64,000 nucleotides of DNA. Source: Blastocladiella emersonii ATCC 22665. Taxonomy: Eukaryota > Fungi > Blastocladiomycota. The translations under genes and the position numbers were made by a program. Location of the stretch: positions 124,001-188,000 of the forward strand of contig JANHCV010000009.1 in NCBI GenBank assembly GCA_025594325.1. Reading direction: 5' to 3'. The notes beneath the pieces are model-generated. The model saw only the letters and a list, made by a program, of their open reading frames with translations. It made no database searches and had not been told where the DNA came from. Shown here piece by piece: positions 45,868 through 56,882 of this stretch. Position 1 is the first letter of the stretch, and each line of letters opens with the position of its first letter.

Positions 45868-46944
45868 TTACTTGCCGGCGGTCATGACGATGATGGTGCG
45901 GGCGCCGGGCGGGGCGGGGGCGGTGGGCACGGCCGAGGCGCCGTAGCCGTACTGGGCCTGCTTGGCGCCGTCGGCGCCGACCACGTAGTAGTTGTAGCCG
46001 GACTGGGCCTGGGGCGCGACCGAGTAGTCGGCGTGGTAGTCGGCGCCGTCCTCGGCGTAGTCGGCGGCATCCTCGGTCGAGTAGTCGGCGTGGTAGTCGG
46101 CGCCGTCCTCGGCGTAGTCGGCCGCGTCCTCGGTCGAGTAGTCGGCGTGGTAATCGGCGCCGTCCTCGGCGTAGTCGGCCGCGTCCTCGGTCGAGTAGTC
46201 GGCGTGGTAGTCCGCGGCATCCTCGGCCGAGTAGTCGGCGTAGTCACCCGCGTCCTCGGCCTCCTCGAGCGAGTCCTCGGCAGCGTAGTCGGCGTAGTCG
46301 GCACCGTCCTCGGCGTAGTCGGCCGCATCCTCGGTCGAGTAGTCCGCGTAGTCGGCACCGTCCTCGGCGTAGTCGGCAGCGTCCTCGGCCGAGTAGTCGG
46401 CGTAGTCGGCGCCGTCCTCGGCGTAGTCGGCGGCCTCGTCCAGCGAGTAGTCGGCGTAGTCAGCACCGTCCTCGGCGTAGTCGGCCGCGTCCTCGGCCGA
46501 GTAGTCGGCGTAGTCGGCACCGTCCTCGGCGTAGTCGGCGGCATCCTCGGCCGAGTAATCGGCGTAATCCGCGCCGTCCTCGGCGTGGTAATCGGCCGCG
46601 TCCTCGGTCGCGTAGTCGGCGTGGTAGTCGGCCTCCTCGAGCGCGTCCTCGACCGAGTAGTCGGCGCCGTCCTCGGCGTAGTCGGCCCAGTCGGCCGCGT
46701 CCTGCGTCGAGTAGTCGGCCCAGTCGGCGCCGTCCTCGGCGTGGTAGTCGGCCGCCTCCTCCTGCTTGGCGAAGTCGCGCGGCATCGCGGCCGCGGCCGC
46801 AGAGTAGTCGGCGTGGTAGTCGGCGCCCTCGACCGACTCGACCAGGTTCTGCTCCGACGACGCCTGCGGCTTGATGATGGGCGACGGCTCGGCCAGCGCC
46901 AGCGTGGCCACGGCGGCGAGCGTGAGGAGGGTGGCGACCTTCAT
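45868..46944 (-). CDS. Secreted Asp/Tyr (ADY) repeat protein (358 aa), paralog of 30531-32765
   Basis: MKVATLLTLAAVATLALAEPSPIIKPQAS, roughly 40 DY motifs in 17-18-aa units, and C-terminal QAQSGYNYYVVG...TIIVMTAGK. Confidence 0.85.
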   Translation of the reverse strand: MKVATLLTLAAVATLALAEPSPIIKPQASSEQNLVESVEGADYHADYSAAAAAMPRDFAKQEEAADYHAEDGADWADYSTQDAADWADYAEDGADYSVEDALEEADYHADYATEDAADYHAEDGADYADYSAEDAADYAEDGADYADYSAEDAADYAEDGADYADYSLDEAADYAEDGADYADYSAEDAADYAEDGADYADYSTEDAADYAEDGADYADYAAEDSLEEAEDAGDYADYSAEDAADYHADYSTEDAADYAEDGADYHADYSTEDAADYAEDGADYHADYSTEDAADYAEDGADYHADYSVAPQAQSGYNYYVVGADGAKQAQYGYGASAVPTAPAPPGARTIIVMTAGK

Positions 46945-47520
46945 GGTGGTGTGGTGGTGGGATGGGGATGGGTGGGGGAAGGAGACGGTCGTCGCGCCAG
47001 CGCGTGTCGATGCTAGACGAGAGCGGGCGAGTGGGGCGTGTGAGTGGTGCGCGGACGGGCAGCGCACGCGCGCACGAACGAACCTCTTGAAGGTGGGGAG
47101 GGGTGGGGTGGACTAGAAGCCGATCCGAAAGCTCGCAGACGCAGTCAGTCGGAGAGGAGAGAGCGCGGGTCGGGCGGCGGGCGCGGCGGTACTTGACGTC
47201 CCCGCATCGCTCGCTCGGCTTCGCGGCCCGCCCTCCGCCCCGAAGTGCGCGGACGCTGAGAGCGCGGTGCTGACGAGTGCGGCGAGTGTCCCCCACCTTT
47301 CGCGACGCGCGCAATTCCCACGCGACGCGTCCCGCCGCCGCGTCTCGCACCGGGCGCACCGTGGGACGCGTTGCTCACGCGAGCGGCACGCGACCAGCCG
47401 CACGGGATCCGCGCGTGTGCGACATGCGCACGTGCCGGTGACGCGACTCTTCTCGACGACATACCCCTCCAGAGACTTGTATTCGCACCCCGGCACCACC
47501 TGCAACGTAACCGCAACACC

Positions 47521-48772
47521 ATGGACGTGATCGTCGGCGAGTTCAACAAGTTCGCGGCGCGGCACCGCGAGTACGCGGGCGAGGCGGGCGCGGACCTCGA
47601 CGACCTGATCGAGACGCTTCGTTCAGCGCGCGCCGACATGTCCGCCGAGCAGGACGGGGCCGCGCGCAAAAAGTCGCTCGTGCTGCTCGCCGCGCAGGTC
47701 AAGTCGAAAGCCGCGCGGCTGACGGACTCGGCCAAGGACGTGGCGGGGTCGCTCGGCAAGTGCGGCAAGGCCATCGACAAGAAGTTTTCCGGCAACGACC
47801 TCGACTGGCACCCGCGCGCCTTCGAAGGCAAGGCGCCCATCATCCACCAGCTCGTCGGCGAGCACTTTATCCGCGAGGGCCACGTCGCGCTCGCCCACAC
47901 GTTCCAGCGCGAGGCCGGCCTCGAGTCGCTCGAGACGTCCGACGTGCACTTCCAGGAGCTCAACCGCCTCGTCTCGTCGCTGCGCGCCCGCGACCTCGGG
48001 CCGGCGCTGGCCTGGGCCGTCGACAAGCGGTTCGACCTCAACCGTATCGACTCGGACCTCGAGTTTGTGCTGCACAAGCTGCGCTTCCTCCAGCTCGTCG
48101 GCGACGCCGGTGCTGGCGCTGGGTCGGTCGCCAAGAACGCGCGCGTGCTCGACGCCGTCGCGTACGCCCGCGAGAACCTCGCCCAGTTCCCTGAGCAGGC
48201 CCAGGGTGCGTCACCCGCGCGTACCGGCTGCCCGCCCTCGCCCACTCACCTCTCTTCGCGCGTACCCAGACATCCAAGCGCTGCTATGCTCGCTCGTCCT
48301 CTCCCCGACCGCGCGCGCGAGCCCGACGCTGCCCGCCGCGTACCGTGCGCTCGAGTCGCCGGACGTGCTGTGGTCCGACGCGGAGCGCCAATTCGCGCGC
48401 GACTTCTGCGCCCTACTCGGCTTGAGCCCGGACTCGCCGCTGTTCACGGCGGCCATGGTCGGGACCACGGCGCTGCCGACGATCGCCAAGATGGCGTCGA
48501 TCATGAAGGACACCAAGAACGAGTGGACGTCCGTGCACGAGCTGCCGGTCGAGGTGCCGCTGCTGCCGCGGCACCAGTTCCACTCCATCTTCACGTGCCC
48601 CGTGTCGCGCGAGCAGGGGACCGAGGACAACCCGCCCAAGATGTTGCCGTGCGGGCACACCATCTGTAACGAGTCGCTGCGCAAGCTGTCGCGCAATTTC
48701 ACGGCCCGGTTCAAGTGCCCGTACTGCCCGTGCGATGCGATGGCGGCGCAGTGTCTCCGCGTCTACCTCTGA
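47521..48772 (+). CDS. RMD5: GID/CTLH complex RING subunit Rmd5/Gid2 (RMND5), 1 intron
   Basis: LisH/CTLH region (EHFIREG, LEFVLHKLRFL), ELPVEVPL, FHSIFTCPVSRE, NPPKMLPCGHTIC, FKCPYCP. Confidence 0.9.
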
Positions 48773-48825
48773 ACCCGAGAGAGAAAGTCTTGTATATATC
48801 CTCCTTCAATCACATGCGCGCAGCC

Positions 48826-50683
48826 TTAGCCCGCGACGCGCGACGTGAACGTGTCGTGGACCTGCTTGAGGAACCCCTGGCTGTTGAGCACGCTGTGCCC
48901 GCCCAGGACAATCCGGAGCCCCGGCGTAGCCGCCGCGAGCTGGCTGACGAACCGCGCCTCCTCGAACGTGGCCCCGCCAATCACAAACACGACCACGTCG
49001 CTGACGCGCGCGCCGTCGTGGAACCCGAACTGCGCCCCCGACGTCCCGTCCGGGTACGGGAACCCGGCCTCGCGCAGTTTCCCGCGCACCAGCTGCTCGA
49101 GCGTCGTGTGGAGTTTCGGCGTGTGCTGCGTGTACACGTTCTCGACGCCCTTGAGCCCGCGGAACACGGACTTGCCGAGCTGCCGCGTGCGGTCGAGGAA
49201 CTCGGCGGGGTTTCCCGCGGAGGCGGCGGAAGAGGTTGAGGAGGACCCGTGGTGGTGCCCCGCGGCGGGGGTGTCGTTGAGCGCGTACTTGGTCACGTAC
49301 TCGACGAGCTTGCACTGGCCGGGCGACAGCGACGCGCACTCGGCGGCGAGGTGCGCGGCCATGCCCTGCACGGCGGGCGCGCGCGGGTTTTTCAGGGTGA
49401 ACAGGAGCACGAGCTTGAGCTTGCACTCGTCGGGCACCAGCGGGTCGCGCAGGCACGCCCAGACGGCGTCGGTCTGGTCGCGCGGGTCGCACGCGATATT
49501 CTGCTCGACCTCGCTGACGGCGAGGAGGCGGTACGCGTCGACGACGCGCGAGAGCTCGCTCGTCAGGGCGACGTGCTTGGACACGTTGCCCGCGAGCTTG
49601 CGGACCTCGGGGTACGCGTCGACGAACTTCTTCATGTCCGCAATCGACTCGAGCGTCGCGTGCGAGGCGGTGCGCTGCTGGTACTCGTCGAGGTAGTGCT
49701 TGATGGCGAACCCGAGATCGCCAAAGTTGGCGGACATGTTGGCGGCGAAAAAAGCGTCGTCGTGCGCCGACAGGACGACCTGGCGCAGGTCCTCGCGCAC
49801 GTCGTCGACGTGCGACAGGTCGACAAGGCCGCGGTGGATCCCGATCAGCTCGTGCACCATGGCCTGGTACGTCCACTGCGTGAGGAGCGGGGTGACGGGG
49901 TCGGCGCGGCGGTCCACCAGCAGGAACACGGCGGGCGTCATGCCGCGCGCGTCGAACAGCGCGGGCTCGCTCGACACGTGGAACGCGAGCTCGTGCGCGA
50001 GCCGTTTCGCGTGCGCGCTGGCCCCCGTGTACCGGACAACCGGCCGCCGCTTGAGCGCCAGCGCCACGGACGCGAGGCCCTCGACGGTCCGCTGCAGCGC
50101 GCGCGGGTCCCAGTCGTTGAGCGTGCCCGCGTAAAGCGGCCACGCGGGCGGCTCCATGTCGAGCGAGAACAGGTCCTGGTTCACGGCCAGGTAGTCGGCG
50201 AAATACTCTTGCACCTCGCGCACCACCTCGAACTCGTCGGCCTCGGCGAGTTTCTCGACCTGCAGCTTCTTGAGCACATTCGAGAAGTCTACGGGCGGCG
50301 CGTGAGCAGTCGTCGCGGTTGAGCAACCACCAAAACGTACACAGGTAGTAGTCGCCGTACTTTGGGGCGCGCAGCTCGTCCATGACGTGGTTGAGCGACT
50401 CGACGGTCGGGCGCACGAACACAATGCACTTGAGGTGCGACATCTTGTCGCGCTTCTTGTTCTCGACGCGCTCGACCAGGTACACTTCCTTGCTCAGCAG
50501 CACGCTCTGCGTGTACACGCTCGACACGACGGCCGTCTGGTGGCGGACGGGTCAGCGTGCTGTGGCGTGCAAACTCCGCAGTGGACATCGTACCGTGTCC
50601 GCGTCGAGCAGGAGCACCTTCATGCCCGCCGGGTCGGCGATCATCTTGGTCACGTACGCCTGCGCGGCCTGGATGACGTTCAT
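48826..50683 (-). CDS. VPS45: Sec1/Munc18-family vacuolar sorting protein Vps45, multi-exon
   Basis: MKVLLLD, TQSVLLSKEVYL, HLKCIVFVRPT, ELRAPKYGDYY, DPVTPLLTQWTYQAMVHELIG, ENVYTQHTP, IGGATFEEA. Confidence 0.92.
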
Positions 50684-50961
50684 CGTCTACTCCCCCGCAA
50701 AGATCGCGTCAACGCCCGCTCGGTTCTCACGTCGGTCATCAAGCTTACATGGATACTGGTGCACTGACTCGATTCGCGGCTAGATTCATGGATGCCTCGC
50801 GGCAGAGATGGTGTGGAAGCGGAGAGGAAACACGTCGCGTCTCTCAGCGACCGCCACCACGCGCGCCTCGCCACACCGCACGGTCGGTTGGCCGACCCAG
50901 CGCGTCGTTCTCCTCCCTCACAACCCCCTTCCCGCCCTCGAACCCAACAACTCACCGCAAC

Positions 50962-51474
50962 ATGTCAGCGCCCATGTACACGTCGCAGCAGCCGCTGCAG
51001 CAGCCCGCGGGGACGATGCCTGTTCCTGGCGCCTTCGTCGCCGGCGCGGGCGGTCCACCACCACAGCACGCCGTCCAACCTCAACCTCAACCTCAACAGC
51101 AGACGCAGCAGCCGCCGTTGACGCAGCAGCAGCTCCTGCAGATCCAGCAGCACCAGCTGCGCATGCAGCAGCAACCGGCGCAGATGCAACGTCCACCCGT
51201 CGCGGGCGGCCAGCCGATCCCACCTCAACAGCAGCAGATGCCACAGCAGCAGGTCCAGCAGCAGCACGTCCCGCCGCCGCCGCCGCCCGAGGGCTTCGCG
51301 CTCAACAGCGCGGGCCACCTGCGGTGGTTCTCGACGCCGCCCGCGCCCGTCGTGTACCGGCCCGTGGCCACGCCGTCGCTCGAGTACCTCGCCTTCAAGC
51401 AGCGTAAGGCCGCCGAGGCTGCTGGTGCTGCGTCTCCAGTGTCCAGGGCGGACGCTGATTCCATGGTTCTTTGA
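50962..51474 (+). CDS. Small Gln/Pro-rich protein with a conserved-looking C-terminal motif
   Basis: 170 aa; Q-rich core followed by GHLRWFSTPP...PSLEYLAFKQRK. Confidence 0.6.
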   Translation: MSAPMYTSQQPLQQPAGTMPVPGAFVAGAGGPPPQHAVQPQPQPQQQTQQPPLTQQQLLQIQQHQLRMQQQPAQMQRPPVAGGQPIPPQQQQMPQQQVQQQHVPPPPPPEGFALNSAGHLRWFSTPPAPVVYRPVATPSLEYLAFKQRKAAEAAGAASPVSRADADSMVL

Positions 51475-51606
51475 TGCTCGCACACTCAATACAAAACTCG
51501 CTCATTACACACTCGATGAAGCAGTCAGATCAAATAAAACTCGTCTCGTATTCTCCTCCGTGGCAACCGCGCCGCATGGCAACGACACCGGCAACGAGCG
51601 GCGGCT

Positions 51607-52642
51607 TTACTTGAGGGGCACGAAGCGCGACGAGTTGGTGGCACCGATACCGGGGCGACCGTGCTTGACGGGCTTGTAGGTGATGGAGAACTCGCCGAGG
51701 TAGTGGCCGACCATCTCGGGGCGCACCTCAACCTGGTTGAACGTCTTGCCGTTGTAGACACCGACGACCGAGCCGATCATCTCGGGGACGATGATCATGT
51801 TGCGGAGGTGGGTCTTGACGGTCGCGGGCTTCTCGTTGTCGACGGCCTCCTTGCGGGCCTTGCGCAGCTTCTTGATCAGGGCAAGGGGCTTGCGCTTGAG
51901 ACCGCGCTGGAAGCGACGGCGGGCACGGCAGTGGACGAGCTCGACCAGCTGGTCCGACGTCAGGTCCATGAGGTCCTCGAGGTCGACACCGCGGTACGAG
52001 AACTTGCGGAAAGTGCGCTTCTTCTTGAGATCAGCGTCAGCCTGCACACGGGGAGGACGGAGGTTCGTCAGTTTGGCTGATTCTGCCGGGCAGCGATTCG
52101 TTCGCGCGGGTGCCACAGCAGCATCGTCGTCTCGAACAGCGCGCGCGCAAACGCATTCAGGGACCACAGATTTCACACTCGCCGGACGGTCGAAATTTCG
52201 GCATGACGCCGGGCAGCGCCTCGGGCGAGTCGGCAGGCGATCGTGCGGACGGCACAGGTCCGTTGCAGCGACGCCGTCACACGCCCGAACAGCGACCGGT
52301 CAGGCGGTCGGCGATAGTTTCGCCCTGCAAAACGGCGTGCGCGGGCGACGGCGAGCAGCAGCCGCGCGGGAACGCCGGATGGACGGGCGTGCCGACCTGC
52401 GCCGCGCGACCGTTAGGCCCACCTCCAACCCTCCGTCGGCGGTCGGGGACGGCACGAAAGTCCATCCCGCAGCCGTTGGGCGAGCGTTTTGTCGATGCAT
52501 GGTGCCGTTACGGCGGCGGCGAGTGTGGTTTTCCGTGGTCCGCGTCGTGTGCGCGCGAGTTCGTGTGTGCGCGTGTGCGCGCAGTCGAGACGAAGATGCA
52601 TGTGGGCCGCGCGGGTGCAGCAGCAAGGCGAAACGTCACCAT
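51607..52642 (-). CDS. RPS15: 40S ribosomal protein S15 (uS19); first exon is probably the ATG only, followed by a ~600-nt intron
   Basis: Exon 52041-51607 encodes [18 protein letters not shown]...[16 protein letters not shown]...[15 protein letters not shown]. The first-exon ATG at 52642-52640 (donor GTGACG) is tentative. Confidence 0.93.
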
Positions 52643-52968
52643 GGTGATACGCAGGGGAGAGGACTTCCAAGCTTTCCTGGTGCGCGGCTGAAGTGGCCAG
52701 GGTCGGGGAGCGGCGGCGGGGCGGGGCGCAGAGCGTGGCCGGCAGCGACGGTGTGGCTGAACTGTGTGGCGCTCACGCACGTGGCGAGCGCGTCGATCGT
52801 GTCCCTTGGCCGAGCGCCACGTTCGCACATGCAGTGCGCCACTACGCTTGCTCGCGACCCTCGAAAGGCGCTCGCCGGGCTCTCACGGTGACCCTGACCT
52901 CTTATCGAGAGCGCGATCGGAGAAAAGTGACTGTATTCGACCGCCAGCTCACCGACCAACAGGCCGGC

Positions 52969-53827
52969 CTAGCCCTCGAGCACGATGCTGTACTCCTCGC
53001 CGCGTTCGAGGCTGCGGAACAGCCACAGGCACATGCCGCTACACCAAGGACCCACGGCGTTAGCTCCATTCCGGCCGCGACATGTCGTGAGGGAGGGAAG
53101 CGCGTACCTGACAAAGATCAAAAAGTTTTGCGCGACGATGGCGAACCCGGCCCACGCGGCCTCGCCAATGTACCCGGGGTTGATGTACTTGAGTGCCATG
53201 ATTGTCTGCACCACGCAAGTGCGGTGAGTTCGAGCCATTGAGCAGCTCCAAGTGATCGCGACGTACGATGGCCCCGCCGAGCGACCCGACGCCCAGCGCG
53301 ACGCCGAGGAAGGCGAACAGGCGCGCCTTCCACGCGACGCCCTCGCCGTAGATGGACTCGTTGCCGTTGAGCAGGTTCTTGTCGACCGAGTTGATCCTAC
53401 ACGCGTGCGCCGCGCGAGCGGGTGAGAAGGGTGCGGGTTCGTTTGCACGCGGCAGCGGGCGCTCGTACATGATGAGGGCGAGGGTCGACAGGATGCCGGG
53501 GACCCAGTCGTCGAACTTGATGGCGACGGGGAGCGAGTGGCTGCCGGCGTACATGACGGCGTCTGTTCGCGACGTTCGTGCAGGTCAGTCTGCCGCCTAG
53601 CGCATCGCACCGTGAGCGGCCGTACCGATGAAGAGCCACCACCCGATAGCAAACTACGGACACACGACGCAACGTTAAGCATCGCACCATCTCCCATCCA
53701 CACCGACCGAAGAGCGTACGATGCCGCCGCACGAGTATCCGATGATCTCGGCCCAGTAGGGGGCAAAGTCGGACGAGTTGAAGCAGAAGCAGTCCTTGTA
53801 GAAGCACGAGGGGAGCCGTCTCGCCAT
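52969..53827 (-). CDS. VPS68: Vps68/TMEM50 (UPF0220) membrane protein, multi-exon
   Basis: FAIGWWLFI, DAVMY, FDDWVPGILSTLALIM, INSVDK, WKARLFAFLG. Confidence 0.8.
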
Positions 53828-54097
53828 GGTGTTGGGTTGATGATGCGTAGAGTTATTTAGCGCGCGGGGGCAAGTTGCATGGAGAGTGGAGTCGTTGGTG
53901 GAAGGGAGCGAGGTGCGCGAGCGGGTCGGCGCGTCAAAGTGGCTGCGGTCGGTCGAGTCGCGTTGCTCGTGCCGAGCTGACCGCTCACTCACAGGGACAC
54001 CAGACACACGAAGAGGCGAGATCAGGCGCTAACAAAACGGCATTGTAATCATAGGAGGAGGGGCAACACAAGACAGGAAAATAGACAACTGCAACGA

Positions 54098-54445
54098 TTA
54101 CCGGCGGCCCTTCTTGGGCTTCTGGGCGGGGAACTTGGAGTAGTCCTTGACGAATCCGTCGGGGATGTAGGCCTCCTCGCGGCCCGTGGCGGGGTTGAAG
54201 GCGCGCATGCCGTGCTGGATGATCTCGGCCACGGCAAAGTACTTGATGGGCGTGATGGGCTTGATGGACTGTATCCGGACCACGTCGCCGGGCTTGGCGG
54301 CCTGCTTGGGGTCGTGCACGATGAACGACTTGTGGAACGGGACCAGCTTGTGGACCCGCGCGTGCTCGACATGCCGCTCGACGCGGACCTTGCACTCGCC
54401 GAGCGCCGTCCGCAGCACGGTGCCCACGAAATTCTGCTTCACCAT
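54098..54445 (-). CDS. MRPS17: Mitochondrial ribosomal protein uS17m
   Basis: MVKQNFVGTV, KVRVE, FIVHDP...GDVVRI is the S17 pattern. Confidence 0.8.
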   Translation of the reverse strand: MVKQNFVGTVLRTALGECKVRVERHVEHARVHKLVPFHKSFIVHDPKQAAKPGDVVRIQSIKPITPIKYFAVAEIIQHGMRAFNPATGREEAYIPDGFVKDYSKFPAQKPKKGRR

Positions 54446-54670
54446 GGCGTCGTTGCGTTGCAGGAGGTGGTGGTGGGATCGCTGGCGAGCGGGATCCTTG
54501 CTAGCGATCGGCAACGGAGCGCTTTCGAGGGCAGCAAAGCCGCAAACGGAGGTCGGGCAGAGAGAAAGCGTAGCGCATGTGGCGTCAGCTGACTGGCCGC
54601 CGCGCGCGCCAAAGCTTCTTTCGCGTTGGTCTTCTCCTCCCCTCTCTTCTTCTCCCTCAACGAACCGACC

Positions 54671-55046
54671 ATGAGTTTCGGAGCCCCACAAGGTGGGCAG
54701 TCATGAATCACGATGAACCACCACCACGCCGTCGCTCACCCGATCGAACCGTCTAGCGCTGACCAACGCGACGGTGCTGCCGCCCGAGCGCGGGGCGTTC
54801 CCGCTCGACCACGACGGCGAGTGCAAGCAGCTGGTGACCGAGTACCTCAAGTGCCTCAAGGGCAACAAGGGCAACAACGCCACGTGCAAGGACCTGTCCA
54901 AGCGGTACCTCGAGTGCCGGATGCAGCGGTACGCTTGGTCGCTGTCGTGTTCCTCGCCCGTCCGATCGCTGACTCGTCATTCGCGTAGCGGGCTCATGGC
55001 CAAGGACAACATGGAGAACCTGGGCTTCACGGACAAGTCGAGGTGA
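54671..55046 (+). CDS. COX19: Cytochrome c oxidase assembly protein Cox19 (twin CX9C), 2 introns
   Basis: [45 protein letters not shown]. Confidence 0.93.
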
Positions 55047-55153
55047 CGCGCGCACCCCCTGCTCGTCCCGAAAGAACCCGTTCGTTTTACTTCCTGTACA
55101 CACTCCCACACGCGTCAGGCAGGCGCGCAGAACCAGCGATATATCTCGATCAA

Positions 55154-55742
55154 TTACTGCTTGGTGAACCCGCCCGTCGACCCGAACCCGCCCGCGCCGC
55201 GCTCCGTGTCCTCGAGACTCGCGACCTCGACCACGTCGGGCGTGTGAATCCGCTCCAGCACAAACTGCGCGATGCGGTCGCCCTCGTTGACTACACTCCC
55301 CCGTCATCAGCCATCACGTCCCGTCCAAACGCGCCAGCAAACGTACTCTCGAACGGCGCGTCGCCAAAGTTGAACAGCACAACCTGCAGGTGTCCGCGGT
55401 AGTCGGCGTCGACGACGCCCGCGCCCGTGTCGATAAAGTGCTTGACGGCGAGCCCGGACCGCGGCGCGACGCGACCGTACGTCCCCGGCGGGACGGCCAC
55501 GGCCAGGTCCGTCGGGACCAGCGCGCGCGAGTGCGGCGCCAGCGTCATCTTGGCCGCGCTACACGGTCATACTGCCTGAGTGACAGGTGGGAGGGCCTGT
55601 GAGAGGAGAGGACAACTGACCTGCACAGGTCATAGCCGGCAGCCAGCGCGGACCCGCGCACGGGCAGGCGCGCGCGGTCCGACAGCTTCTTGACGCGGAG
55701 CGGGCCGAGGTCGGCGTCGTGGTTCATGGCAGTGGCGGACAT
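55154..55742 (-). CDS. DUT1: dUTP diphosphatase, 2 introns
   Basis: [43 protein letters not shown]. Confidence 0.95.
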
Positions 55743-55891
55743 GTTCGTTTGCTTCGTTTTGTGGAGAGAGAGCGAGCAGGGACGAGGCGACTCGGTCGTC
55801 GAGCCGTGCGACGCGCTCGCCCAAGGCGATCACGTTTTGCTCTTCGCGCCGATCCCTTCTCCCCTTGCCAAACACGGACCCCGATCACGCC

Positions 55892-56851
55892 ATGTATCAC
55901 CGCGCGCGCCTCGGCCTGCGACTCGCCGCAACGTGCCGCCGCGCTACACCGGCGCGCACACTCGCTACGTCCGTGTCCGACGCGCCGCCGCGCATGTCGT
56001 ACGCCTCGGCGGTCGAGTACTGCCGCGACCTAGTGACGCAGCACGACCACGAGCACTACCTGTCCTCTTTGTTCCTGCCCGCGGACGTGCGCCCGATCTC
56101 GTGGGGCCTGCGCGCGTTCAACTACGAGCTGGCGTCGGTGCGTGACCAGGCGCGCGACGACACGCTGGGCCGGATGCGGTTCCAGTTCTGGCGCGACACG
56201 CTCGACAAGGCGTACGCGGGCGAGGTCCCGCAATCGCACCCGGTGGCCATCGTGCTGGCGGCCGGGATCAAGCACCACGGTCTGTCGGTGCACCGGCTCA
56301 AGCGCGTGGTCGCGGGCCGCGAGTCCAATTTCCTGACGCGGCAGTACGCGCGGATCGAGGACCTCGAGGAGTACGGCGAGGCGACCGCGTCCGGGCTCAT
56401 GTACCTGCACCTGGAGCTGCTGGGCGTCAAGTCGCTCGACGTCGACCACCTGGCGTCGCATCTCGGCAAAGCCGCGGCGATCGCGACGCTGCTCCGCGGC
56501 ACGCCGTTCCACCTGCGCAGCCGGCTCTTCTACCTGCCGAGCGAGGTGTGCGCGAAGCACGGCGTCGCCGCCGAGCAGGTGATGCGCGAGGGGCCGAGCG
56601 AGGCCCTGTCGGCGGCCGTGTTCGAGGTCGCGACGCGCGCCAACGACCACCTGATCACGGCCCGCACGCACGTCAAGGAGGACGGGCTCGACGCGCGCGC
56701 GGTGCCTGCGCTCCTCCCCGCGGTCGCGACCGCGCGCTGGCTGCAGCGGCTCGAGAAGGCCGACTTTGACCTGTTCAACGGCGCGCTGCACACGCGCGAC
56801 GCGTGGCTGCCATGGCATCTGTGGAAGGCGAGCAAGCTGCGCAAGTTCTGA
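55892..56851 (+). CDS. NDUFAF6: Complex I assembly factor 6 (squalene/phytoene synthase fold)
   Basis: YCRDLV..HDHEHYLSSLF, LRAFNYELASVRD, MRFQFWRD, EEYGEATASGL, YLPSEV. Confidence 0.88.
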   Translation: MYHRARLGLRLAATCRRATPARTLATSVSDAPPRMSYASAVEYCRDLVTQHDHEHYLSSLFLPADVRPISWGLRAFNYELASVRDQARDDTLGRMRFQFWRDTLDKAYAGEVPQSHPVAIVLAAGIKHHGLSVHRLKRVVAGRESNFLTRQYARIEDLEEYGEATASGLMYLHLELLGVKSLDVDHLASHLGKAAAIATLLRGTPFHLRSRLFYLPSEVCAKHGVAAEQVMREGPSEALSAAVFEVATRANDHLITARTHVKEDGLDARAVPALLPAVATARWLQRLEKADFDLFNGALHTRDAWLPWHLWKASKLRKF

Positions 56852-56882
56852 TTTAGATATATCTCTCTCCCAACTTCCACAT

